From positions 434,001 through 498,000 of the forward strand of contig JAQFVV010000008.1 of NCBI GenBank assembly GCA_028023455.1: a stretch of 64,000 nt of DNA, given 5' to 3'. Below the pieces are notes generated by a model. That model searched no databases, was not told where the DNA came from, and saw only the letters and a list, made by a program, of their open reading frames with translations. The DNA comes from Epiperipatus broadwayi. Lineage: Eukaryota > Animalia > Onychophora. A program made the position numbers and the translations under genes. Shown here in pieces: positions 52,863 through 64,000 of this stretch; position 1 is the first letter of the stretch, and every line of letters starts with the position of its first letter.

Positions 52863-53980
52863 AAGACATGATTGCTAGATATTTGTATAGTGATACAAGC
52901 AAATTTAAAGTTCATAGTAACTAAAAAAATTATTTTTTAACCATGAGAAAGAAACTTGTCATTTGTTTAAATCTGCCAATGCCAAATTATTTGTCTAGAG
53001 AAAAATAGTAAAAAACATAAAATAAAAAAGTTTGTCATATAATGAATTCAAAAAATTCTGTTAATGTTAGGGCCAATAGCAGTACTTGTTTCATTAATTG
53101 ATGTTTCAATTTATACTGATATATATATTTAGGTTAGCTAAAATTAATTACAGTTTTGCTTTGATAGAAATGCTCTGCATTGACAGCATGGCCTAGCAAT
53201 TTTTTGGGAAATTTATTACCTTATTTTTTATTAATTGTCCATATATTCTTACAGAATATATTTTTTTTTTTATTTTACTGCAGTTTAACTATTTTAAATT
53301 TATATTAAGAATTGGAAAATAAAACTAGAATCACATTATAAAAACGTAATTATCATTTACTCTTCTCTCGGTCCTTAAAAGATTTTATGTTTGGTGATGA
53401 GAAAAAGAAGCTTATGAAATAAATTGTTTTCTATCACTAGCAAAATGTAATAGTAAAATAATCAATATTTGGGTGCCTATATCATGATATTCTCTTGGTA
53501 TAAATTTTATTATGCATAGATGTATGTATTATAACTAGATTAAATGAAAATTTTGGGAAACCAAGTTCTTTTCATAATGCAAACATTTCAAGAGATCATT
53601 TTATAAGGTGACCTTGATGTTAACTCTTAGAGTTGTATTTAACCAAATTATTAATATTTTACTGTCTGTTCATAAATATACAATAATGTATATTCATAAC
53701 ATAATAATGTCTATTTATGTATACATTTCTAATTGTCAAATCATTTTGTAATTGTGATTACTGTGTAAGCTTGATAAGATGCGAATAAGTTTGTCCTTCA
53801 TTTCCTGCAAACTATTAGCCAGAATAAATGCCAATAAAACATTATAAGTTTCTGCTTACATTCTACATATGATTTTATAATCAACAATTCAATTTATTTA
53901 CACTAAATAGTATTGCTATATCCACATTTCCATATTAATTTCAGGCTTCCCTCTTCAATGAGAAGCTTTGAACTTGTGCC

Positions 53981-54024
53981 TATACTGACGAAGACCAATA
54001 GACAGAAACAATTCTGTTAATGTA
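53981..54024 (+). ncRNA. Degenerate hammerhead ribozyme motif
   Basis: TATA-CTGACGA-AGACCAATAGACA-GAAAC-AATTCT-GTTA-ATGTA. Core motifs are intact; stem II is mismatched. Confidence 0.4.
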
Positions 54025-55620
54025 CTATAATATCACTGTCTAGCGTCTACTGATTATTTGAGTTTATGATTATTCTAATTCATAATAGATATGTCTGGAG
54101 TAGATTAAATATGTAAGTAATATTGATTATACGTGTTGATGTATGTCATTCTAGCCAAAGGATGAAAGATGTGTTCAGTAACATAAAATTAAAGTCACTA
54201 AGATATCAGTTATTGATTTAATGCCAGATCTATATAACTATACAAGCATGCTATCTTAGATTTAAAACCTCAAGATGTTTTTGAGTTACAGACTGTTAAC
54301 TTGATAGTGTAAAAGAAATAAATCTGGCTGCTAGATTTATAAAAACAAATCCGAAATTTCTTATTGATAATATGGGGATATCAAATATAGCACTAAAATT
54401 AATTACTCAAGCTTTCAATAAATATTCTTGGAATAAAATAAACACAATTAATGCTCTTTAGTTTGAGTGGACTTCATTGATTCTTAGAGAAATTTATTAT
54501 TTAAGACAGGAGCAATTTTTAATGATGTTTTATATAAGAGTTTCTGATTGTATTTTTTCTTGCAGCCAAAGATCATATTACTTATTGAAATGACTTGGTT
54601 GAGTATTTACAGCTAAAGAGATTTTTTTTTTTTATTATATGATCAATTTTTCATATCAGATGATTTTATTTGAGGAAAATGAGAAAAAAAAATGGGGAAA
54701 GGTCACGACAGTTCATCTAATTAGATAAACTGAATTTTTCCCCACCTTGCTTCTCACTTTTCTCAAATAAAGGATTAACCGTGAAACCTTTTGAACCAAC
54801 TATTCTTCTTACAACTTTTTTTGAGCATCAAAAAAATGAAAGAAAAGAACTGAAGATCCTACTTTTAAAATATTATTATTTTTTAACTATGAAAATTTTA
54901 TAATAAAAAAATTATGGTGATTAAATGGGAATGACATAACTGCCAGAAATGTCTACCTTTATGTGATAAATATTAACTCATTATTGTACAGATAATAATA
55001 GTCTAATTAGAAAAAGAATCACTCTGAAAACCTAGAGTTAATCAAACTATGTGAAATTAATTGTTTCCCGTTTTATGTTATTCTCAACATGTATTTAAAT
55101 TGAATTATAATCTGTTCAAACTATTTTTAAAAAGTATATATATAAACATTTATTTTTATTAATGATATTATGAGATTCTTTGTAGTAAGCTACAATTAAT
55201 ATTTAGTTTAGACAATACGGAAATCTTAAGGAGATAGTTTGGAATAAGTAAATTAATTTTTTTGAGTTAAAAAATATTAATTTGCAGCATTTATATCTAA
55301 TTAATTAACTTTTTGTTTTATATATATATATTGTGCATTAAGTCACAAGCTATCTTATTTTGGTGTGGAAATAAATAAATAAATATAAGTGGGATAAGAC
55401 TTAGATTATTGTTTTTTTTTGTTGTTGTTGTTTTCTTTTATCAAAGATAAAATTCATCCTTTTATTTCATGTGATTATGTCACATCCAAATATTAAATTT
55501 TTCTTTAAAAATCAGTCTTAAATATTATTTCTATTATTTATCCCATTTAATAATATTTTGATCAGAGAAAAGTAATAATAACTTTGTGATTTGTTTTATG
55601 ATAATAAAAAAAAAAAAATG

Positions 55621-55957
55621 CATAAGAAGTTTGAATGTCAAATCTGTGAGCACCAGAATTGATACTGGCACTTTCCAATCCCAAGTTGGACACTCTACCA
55701 ACTGCACCAAACAGCGCCGGATGAAATATAGCTTTATTGCTTGGGAGTTCATAAAAAGTTTGAGTACCAGAATCTTTTTTGGAGCTTCTCTATTCCAAGT
55801 ATGATGCTCTACTAACTATACCAAACCATGCAGAAGAAATTTGAGTGCCAGAATCGATCCTGGGACTCTACCAACTATGCAAGGTTTGGCATAGATGGAT
55901 CAGGAAGTCCCAGGATCGATTCTGGCACTCAAACTTCTTATGAACTACCAAGCAATA
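55621..55957. mobile_element. Cluster of rearranged tRNA-derived SINE pieces with a 34-bp inverted repeat
   Basis: Minus-strand head at 55648-55712 with A box TGGTGCAGTTGGTAGAG, perfect arm TCCAA-CTTGGGA-TTGGA and T-arm-like CCAG-TATCAAT-TCTGG. 55834-55867 and 55906-55939 are inverted copies with 1 mismatch. Confidence 0.75.
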
Positions 55958-57710
55958 AAGCCATATACTTTTTTTTTGTTTTGTGATGATAATGATGTTA
56001 TGACTTGTTATGATCATGTTTATAGAATAAATTATTTTATTTCCCAAGGTAATAATTAACAAAATTGGAATCAGTCTTCAAAAGTGTGAATTCTGAAATT
56101 GATACATTTGAGTATAAAAATCAAAAGATAGCAATTAATGAGCACTAGCAAGAAGTAGTCAATGAGTGAAAGAGTCACTGGCTAAGGGCAAAGTAATCAA
56201 TGAGTGCCAAGCCACATAACAGCTTTATGATATAAAAATCTTGCCTGTCAAATAATGTCTGCCTAACTGTTAGATAAGACTGCTTTTCAATATCATGGTT
56301 CAAACTTTAAGGAATTTTTTATAATGTCTATTTTATTTACAATGCCTAAGAAAATTATTCAGTGTTATGGTAAAACATTTGCATTTATTTTCTATTTAAC
56401 CTATTAATGTCTAATAAGCATAAGTGTTCAATGTAGAAATTTCATTATTAATATTGTTTCGTGACAATATTCAACTTTTCGCTTCGACATTTATCACCTT
56501 TGTTTATTTTAAAAGACTTCACAAAGAAAAGAAATTAATAGACTAATTTAATTATGATATTTTAATTTATTTCTTTGCCTCAGATTTCCAAAAAGAATGG
56601 AAAAATATAGAATAACTATTGTTTTGAAATTATAAAAAAGAAATAGAATAGTTTTAATTTTATTTTATTTTCTGTAACTATTATTGTTATGTAAATTTAG
56701 CTAATTTCTTATAAATGTCTATAATAATTCTAATAATGTGATATTTTGTGATGATGGCATTTTACTTGTAGTTATACATTGGATTATTTTTTCATCTAAT
56801 TGAATTGTTAAATATTTTTAGAAATGTTGGAATTTTATGTATACTTTTCTAAATATATTCAACTTTTTAATAATAACCCATGGGTTAGTGTGAACACTTT
56901 TTTGGAAATTATTTTCTACTCGTCTTCTGGTGTTGATAAGCTAATCAGTGATATCTAGAATAGAAATTAAACTGGTGATTTGTAAACTCATAAATACGAA
57001 TTTAAAATGAAGTACTAACCAACTACGCTATTATTTTTTGATGTTGTTAATTTTTAAAAGTTATTATGATTAATTTATTGTGATGAAATCATACTTATAT
57101 AATTTGTATGTTACAGATATGAGAAATCCGATGTATGTTTAATATGTGAGACAATCAAGATGTTATTCATGGATATAATAAGTTAGTTAGACAATAATTG
57201 GCATCTCTTTAAACTTTATTTCATAGTTAACTCTTAAAAATATTATTATCAAACTAAGAAGTACATTCATGTATTTAGTATATTACATGTGAGATTTAAT
57301 AGGTGGGCAAATTCTTTATAAGAAGACACATCATTTAAAGTAATGCTAATATCATATGTTTTATATTATTGTTGTTGATTGAGTGTGGCTGTGTATATTA
57401 TTTAATATGAATTCTGATGACTTTTATAAAAACTAATTTGATGTTAATCTGCATAAGATCTGAAGAAATATGAGAACTCCAATGGTGATGATTGAGCATT
57501 AGTTTTTTAATGATGTAATTACTGTGATAAAAAAAAAAAACATTTCTAAAATTATATGAGATTATTGTTGAGTGATATTAGTGTTTTTTGAAATGGAAAT
57601 TTATCAAGACCACTGGTATTTATTTTAGCTTTTTAAAACTATTTTATTATATAACCACCAAACCATCACATGATCACCATTTCTTATGTGTACACAAGCT
57701 ATTGATAACA

Positions 57711-58036
57711 GTAGCAAACTCTCCATATAGTAAATGCAAGCCTTAGTAATCAATAAATGCAAGAAGGTTTGTGCATGAAATCCCTATCTAGTGCCTAATC
57801 ATCCAGTATCCACAGATTAGTTTCTAGCTTGTGAGTTTCATTAGTGAGGAGCCTGGGATCTGAAAGCAGCTTTCTCAGATCTTACACTCCTCGCTTATGA
57901 AACTCACAAGGTAAAAACTAGTCTGGGAATATTGGATGAGTAGGCACTAGATAGAGATATCATGCACAAACCTTCTTGAAACTATTGATTATTAAGGCTT
58001 GCACTGTGTGGCATTACTATATGGAGAGTTTACTAG
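57711..58036. repeat. Long foldback element (~155-bp arms, 3-nt loop)
   Basis: 57711-57866 is the reverse complement of 57870-58036 at roughly 85-87% identity by eye, with one ~10-nt insertion in the right arm. Centre AAAG-CAG-CTTT. Confidence 0.9.
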
Positions 58037-59763
58037 TTATTTTATTGTAACAAGATAAAGTTTTTCCACAATTCTATACAGGTAAACTGTATGAACTTTA
58101 ATATAATTGTATATTATAATTTTATTAGTCTTCTGTCGAAAGGATCATTATGAATAATCATTTCACAATATAAATGAAAATTCAATTATGAATGATGAAT
58201 AAAATGAGCAATATTTTATTCATGTCTATAATATTTTTATCTTTTTTTAGCAATTACTAATGCTTCTATACCAAGGGAAACACATCCAACTTTAAATTGT
58301 TTTATTTCAGTTTCTTAGATTATTAATCATTTAATAAAAGTTTAATGATGATGGTCATAATTATTTTTTAGTTACTGTTGTTATAATTTCTTTTGTTTAC
58401 TTATTCTGTTAGCTTTAAATTGACCTTACTTATTAATTTGTATGTTGTGGTAAAAATTTGCCTTTTGTTTTATGATCTAGCTCTAGTCTTAAACTTTGAT
58501 ATCCACTTAATGTGGGTTAATGTATTAAATATTGATGGAAATGGATGGAGAAGAGTGTGTGTGTCTATATATGTATATATAATTAATTATTTGACCTTTG
58601 TGCTTATGATGCACTTAGATATGAAAAGAGAAAAAAATATTGTTCGATGTATTAGCTAATAAATATAGATATATCTAGTCATAGTCATGCTATATAAAGA
58701 TAGGAATCATTTGTGATCATTAAATAGTGATATATGCATAATACTCTTTTCAGTGATAAATCATTAAGTTGAAAAGATAATTATTTTAATCAAAGAATTG
58801 ATTATCATTTTTATTTTTTGGTTGAAAATAATGTAAACACTTTGATCTTATTAAGATTAAACATATTATTTATATGTATACAAATCAAGTCAGCCAACAA
58901 TTATGGTATGCAGTTTATTTAGATATATGAATTTATACATATACCACTCTTTAATTTCTTATACAACCATTTATGGGATATTTAATGCCCACATGATATT
59001 TGGAATTTTCATTTATGTAAAATTCAGTGCTTCCAAAAGTGCGATATATTTTTTCATTTTGATATATATATATTGTATATATTCTTATTTATTTTATAAA
59101 TTTGTATAACAGTTAATGTATTATGTATATATTTTCATATATAATTGTGAATTGTAAAAGAACCTTGTGGCATAGTGATAGCATATTTGCCTGTGATGCC
59201 TATGTGCTGAGTTTGATAGAACTTCAGAAATTATTTCAGGTTCCATATAGACTTAGTTTTTTTTATTTTTGTCAGGTGATTGGTCTATAGCTAATCTAAT
59301 TAATCTTAGGTATAGGTTTAAACAGGGAGAAAAACACTCAACTCTTACTATATGGCAGTTTGCAATCCTGATAATGCTTTCTTTATGGTTCTTCTGTAGA
59401 GTTATGGGTGTTGTAGAAACCTTTGCTCTTTTGTGGTCTATATAAAGTCGCCTTATTTTTACAATTCCTTTGATTTAGGGAGGAATTAATTGCATTGGCT
59501 ATAATGTCCATTGCCAGAACATTTTTCAACATCATTAAAACTTCTTGTTTGTAATTATGTATATATTAAGTCAGAGATATTAACAAAATTTATTTTAGGA
59601 AAACTATTTAATGGTATATAATATTTAATATAGTTTTGCAATGGCAAATTTTTTTATTACATTATTGATTAAAATCTTAAATCATAAAATTATCTTAAAA
59701 ATACATCATAAATTAAGTTGTAAATTAACTCTATTGTTAACAGATTAAATTACTTATTTTCAG

Positions 59764-59989
59764 TGGAGCTAATCATTCAAAATTTACCACAGACATATGT
59801 TGAAAAACTACTTCAATATGTTTCTTCTCAAATTGAAACCTCTCGCCACTTAGAATATTACCAAACATGGATGCAGAAAATTATTTTTTATCATGGGCCT
59901 AAATTAAAGAGGCGATCAAAAAATATTATGCCTTTACTTATAAATATCCAAAAAACCAATAGGCAGCATCTGGAAAATATCGGGAAAAT
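59764..59989 (+). CDS. PWP2: PWP2 coding exon
   Basis: ttttcag|TG GAG CTA...AAA AT|gtaagt. Encodes ELIIQNLPQTYVEKLLQYVSSQIETSRHLEYYQTWMQKIIFYHGPKLKRRSKNIMPLLINIQKTNRQHLENIGK, with PWP2 motifs LP..YVEKLL and S.HLE.Y..W. Confidence 0.93.
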
Positions 59990-60071
59990 GTAAGTTTATG
60001 GTACTTGCTGTTTATTATTAAAATGATATATGCTCATTTGAATTTTAACAATTTTTTTTTATTTTTTCTAG

Positions 60072-60144
60072 GTGTGATTTTAATATGTATACTTTACAAT
60101 ATTTAACAAATGTTGCAAAGTTACGAAAAAGAAAACATTCTTCT
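60072..60144 (+). CDS. PWP2: PWP2 coding exon (follows an 82-bp intron); no stop codon, so at least one further exon is expected
   Basis: ttttctag|G TGT GAT TTT AAT ATG TAT ACT TTA CAA TAT...TCT TCT|gtaagt. Encodes (M)CDFNMYTLQYLTNVAKLRKRKHSS, matching the PWP2 C..N.Y.LQY motif. Confidence 0.88.
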
Positions 60145-62162
60145 GTAAGTTTATTTTTATAGATCATCTGTCATTTTTTTAATTTTAACTTTTTAAAAAA
60201 TTGAGTAATTTATTATACTTATCAAATAGAGAGCTTTAAGTGTAATAAAAGCTTTGTTCAAATATTTATGTGCATAAATATTTATTTAAAATTACGTTCT
60301 TAATGCAATTACTCAATATTTTATATAATTTAAATTTTTGTCTTTAGAAACTATTCACTGATATGCTTTAATTTATTCATATTATATTTTATTATTGTAA
60401 ATCATTTTATCTTTATTATATATTTATTATACCTTACTTTGATGATCAAGGATGTTAACAGTTAACTAAATGTTGACTCAAGTTTGTAATATTAAAATTT
60501 TGAATTTATCTGAATTTTAAATAGTTTATCTCACATTATATAACTTCAGACTTTGTAATTACAACAGGAGAAAAGAAAAAAAAAATCTATATAAATGAAG
60601 TTTGAATATGGATGATATTATGTAATTTCACTCTAGCTATATAATTACAGTGAATAAATATTGTTTCTGAGTTGTTGTTTTTTTCTATGAAATTTTATAT
60701 TGTAGTACAAGTACAAAGCCATTATTAAAAACATTATTGAGAAAATTAAAATATAAAATCTGCTAGTTTGTCAAAAAGTATAAATCATAGTTCAAATATT
60801 TCAGATATTAATGCGTAAAACAAAATAAAATTACTGAACCACAAGTTTGAAGTGACTAAGAAAGTGAACTTAGATCTCTGAAATGTTAATGACAAATATA
60901 GCACCATTATGTAGAACTAACCATGTCAATAACTTTTGTTTGATCAGTTTATGATGTAATACTGTTAATTATTGTAAAAGATCATATCATGTTTAATTTC
61001 AACTTGATGATAGAGTCGCTTCATGATTAAACCAATTGAACATGCTATTTCAAAAATTCTCACATCTGAAAATTTTTATAAGATTGAAAGAAATTGTAGA
61101 TGCTACTTTAAAAACTTAATATCATTCTAGTCAAACAATAGAGATGAACATATTGTTAAAAGTAAGTGTATTTATTAATCATAATATTGTATATAGACAA
61201 TATGCAAAATATAATAATATGCAGACTCCTTTGTTTGTTTGTTTTTTAATTTATTTATTTTTTAACAAAAAGCCAAAGATGTCTGAAGTTAGTACTGACA
61301 TACTTTCATATTTATATAGTTAAATTTTTGTTGAAAAGTATAGAATATTTGAAATTTCAAGCTATTGGGTTAAATAATACATTGGGATTAAAAATGGCTA
61401 CTGGATTGGCTGTAATGTAAACAATCTTTTCTACTAAAAATGGTCAATGGCCAGGAAGTAGTTTGGAATCTGGTAGGTACTATTTTCTGGTGTCTATTGA
61501 TTACTCAGATTAACATAGATGATTTCTAACTAGGATGCTGTTAAATAGTAATGATGGAATATTTCCTGGGAGATGTCTGAGTTGTCAACTCTTACAGTTA
61601 TACAATCCTTGAACACCCAAATCATATTGAAACATAGATATATTAAATGTTTAGTATTATTAAACCATGAAAACATTTTCCAGACTTGTGCTTACCCAAA
61701 AAAATTGTAGTGGCTAATTTATAAGTCATAAAATATCATGAAACATATGTAATTTACATTTTTTTTATAAGAATTAGAAGCATTTTTATTCATATTTAAA
61801 ATAATAAGTACTGTACAAGTAAATTTTTGTGGAAGATCTTAAGCCATTATTTGTTTTTAACCAGATCTGATTTGAAAAGTCAAAAACTTTTTTAGAATAA
61901 TGCTATAAAATTATTTCTTTCAGATGCATTTGACATTTTAAATATCTGAGAGTTTCATATAAATTTGATTTAGCTAGAAACCATAAAATAAATATGGAAA
62001 CTAACTTGATGATGATTTAACTCCCTTTTTTATCCTGAAATGATTTTTGAAGTTTATTCTTTGTATTAGATGTAATCCACTAGTATAGATTAAAGAACCT
62101 CAGAATATTAAATCGATTGTTTGTAAAAATAAAACTGCACGGTTTGAGTTGCTTTGCAAAAA

Positions 62163-62205
62163 TGCTCTGAAGAAGACTCCTGGTCAGTCAAAATTGTCAG
62201 ACTGA
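62163..62205 (+). ncRNA. Degenerate minimal hammerhead ribozyme motif
   Basis: CTGAAGA (62167-62173), stem II GACT/AGTC, AAAA in place of GAAA, then TTGTC-AG. AATAAA follows shortly downstream, as in PLE pseudo-LTRs. Confidence 0.5.
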
Positions 62206-64000
62206 TTAAGTTAAATAAAACAAATATTTTTACAATGATAAAGAAAAGTGGATTTATTATCTGCATAGAAATTTTTATTTCATTACTTTTCTTATATCTT
62301 CATACTTTTTTTTTAATTTTCTAATTGCAGATCTCCAAAATTTACCATAATTTTTTCTTTATTTAGTATATTAGTCAAGAAGTGAGTCAGTTATTTTTGT
62401 CACTTTTCAGATCACTAATTAGTGTCTTTTATTTCATTAGATTGTACTTTTTTTGTTCAGAGATTCTTTGCCTTCAGTTAGGGATTTTCTGACAATGACA
62501 TATCAAAAATACTGGCTCCTAACTTTAGTCATGATGTAATTTTGCATGATCTTGAAAAATGGGTAATGTTAATAAATTTTCATAACAATGTTACTTGGAA
62601 TATTGCAACTTTCACTTTACTTTTACTCATTTGGATAAGATTAAATACAAGCTTTAACAATTAATTTATATTCTTAATCATGAATGAGGCCTTTATTTAG
62701 TGTGTTTACTGCACCATTCTTATTTATTTTAAGAATATTTATCATTTAATGTGTCCTGCTCTTAATCATGCATTAGTTTCATGTCGCATGTTAAGGATAT
62801 TTCTGCTATAACTGTTTTATTTGTTACAGTTATTTGGAATATTAAAGATGACCATATCTAAAGTCATATAGTTATTTTTCTGTATTCAGCAGTATAATTG
62901 ATAGTGACTGAATGTTTTATTTTCTCTAATTGTGTTCATGATTGATTCAGAAGTTATGAGTCAAATTAATAATATATAACCCAATAAGCAATTTCTGGGT
63001 TATGGAGTTGAAAAATAGATGTCATTATTAGTATAAAAGAATTTATGGTTTTAGCATTAAGTAACATTAGCAAATAATAATATTACTAAATATTATTGTT
63101 ATTTATTATTAAATATATTTCTAATATGATTGTGGCAAATATGCACATATCCTGAATATCAAGAGATAGAGCATTTTTCTTATTAAAAAGATGTTTAAAA
63201 AGTGATCTTAAACCAGATAATATTCATATCATTAAATGATCTCATACGGACTAAAAATTTTGTTCATGAAAATGTTTTTTTTTAAGTAATAAACTGTATA
63301 TTCAGCCTACAGCATAAGCACATCCAACCTTCTCTGTTGCTATTCTTATTTTTAAAAAAGACTAAATTTGTCACATCTCAATTAGTAATTTTATCATTAT
63401 GTATTACAAATAATTAATAAAAAATACAAAACAGTCTAATAAAGATTGATTTTATTTGAAGTTTAACTTTGATAATATTATATTAATATATATCATAGAC
63501 AATTAGTAATTAAATAAAAAATATACTACATTTGTCCAATTTATTCTTTGATGAATTAGATATTCTGATTTCTCATGTATAGAAGTTGATAAGTATGCAA
63601 CCATCTTTTAACTATTAGATCATAGGATCACATATTGCCCCCATCCCCTAAGATATCATCAGTGATCTACATCTCTGCACACAATATTCTGGAACAATTG
63701 TTACTGTTTCTCATATATTTTTAAAAAGGGAAGGATTATTTCTACTGGTTACTTAAAAATTCTTTCATATTTTTAAAATAATGCCAAAAGGAAAAAAATG
63801 CTGGATTTAATTCACCATCCACTTTAATGGATTCATGTATATTTATATGTGTCACTGTATCTGTTTTTCATTTAGGATTAGTTTGTGCCAATTTATGAAC
63901 TTTTGGTTTACATTTTAAATGTCAGCAAAGTTATCATGTAGTGCATTTAATTTCAGCCAATAATTCAAATCAGAATAAAATTCAAATGTTTTCTATTTGA

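Noticed and set aside
54694-54744. 24-bp near-palindrome CAGTTCATCTAATTAGATAAACTG with GGGGAAA/TTTCCCC flanks
   Set aside because: Short, single and with no further context; probably a MITE remnant.
59160-59570. Degenerate tRNA-SINE-like sequence (GTGGCATAGTGATAGCA...GAGTTTGAT)
   Set aside because: Too decayed to define boundaries or structure.
1-64000. CRISPR-like arrays, rRNA genes, intact tRNA genes, telomeric repeats, nested antisense genes
   Set aside because: None seen. The tandem repeats lack unique spacers, and no minus-strand exon chain was found.

Overview
Very AT-rich eukaryotic genomic DNA, probably from an invertebrate or arthropod (the taxon is an inference). The only host gene I can support is the 3' half of PWP2 (periodic tryptophan protein 2, a WD40 SSU-processome/90S factor) on the + strand. 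Nine GT-AG exons between 9271 and 60144 splice into one open frame of 1467 nt (489 codons). The upstream exons lie before the window and the terminal exon was not identified. The introns are either 75-82 bp or 5-15 kb, and the large ones are filled with mostly decayed transposable elements: two near full-length APE-type LINEs, further RTE and Jockey fragments, a Penelope-like element (RT plus GIY-YIG), hAT transposase remnants, several TIR/foldback MITEs, a probable solo LTR, a Helentron-type (HINE/DINE-1-like) element and tRNA-derived SINE heads. The most notable observations are four decayed minimal hammerhead-ribozyme motifs, three of them altered at the same CpG; a ~325-bp near-perfect intronic foldback; a 2.2-kb HINE with CpG-retaining cargo of unknown origin; and CTCF-like motifs in three unrelated elements. 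I found no convincing intact novel protein-coding system. All alignments and motif calls were made by eye, with no database searches.
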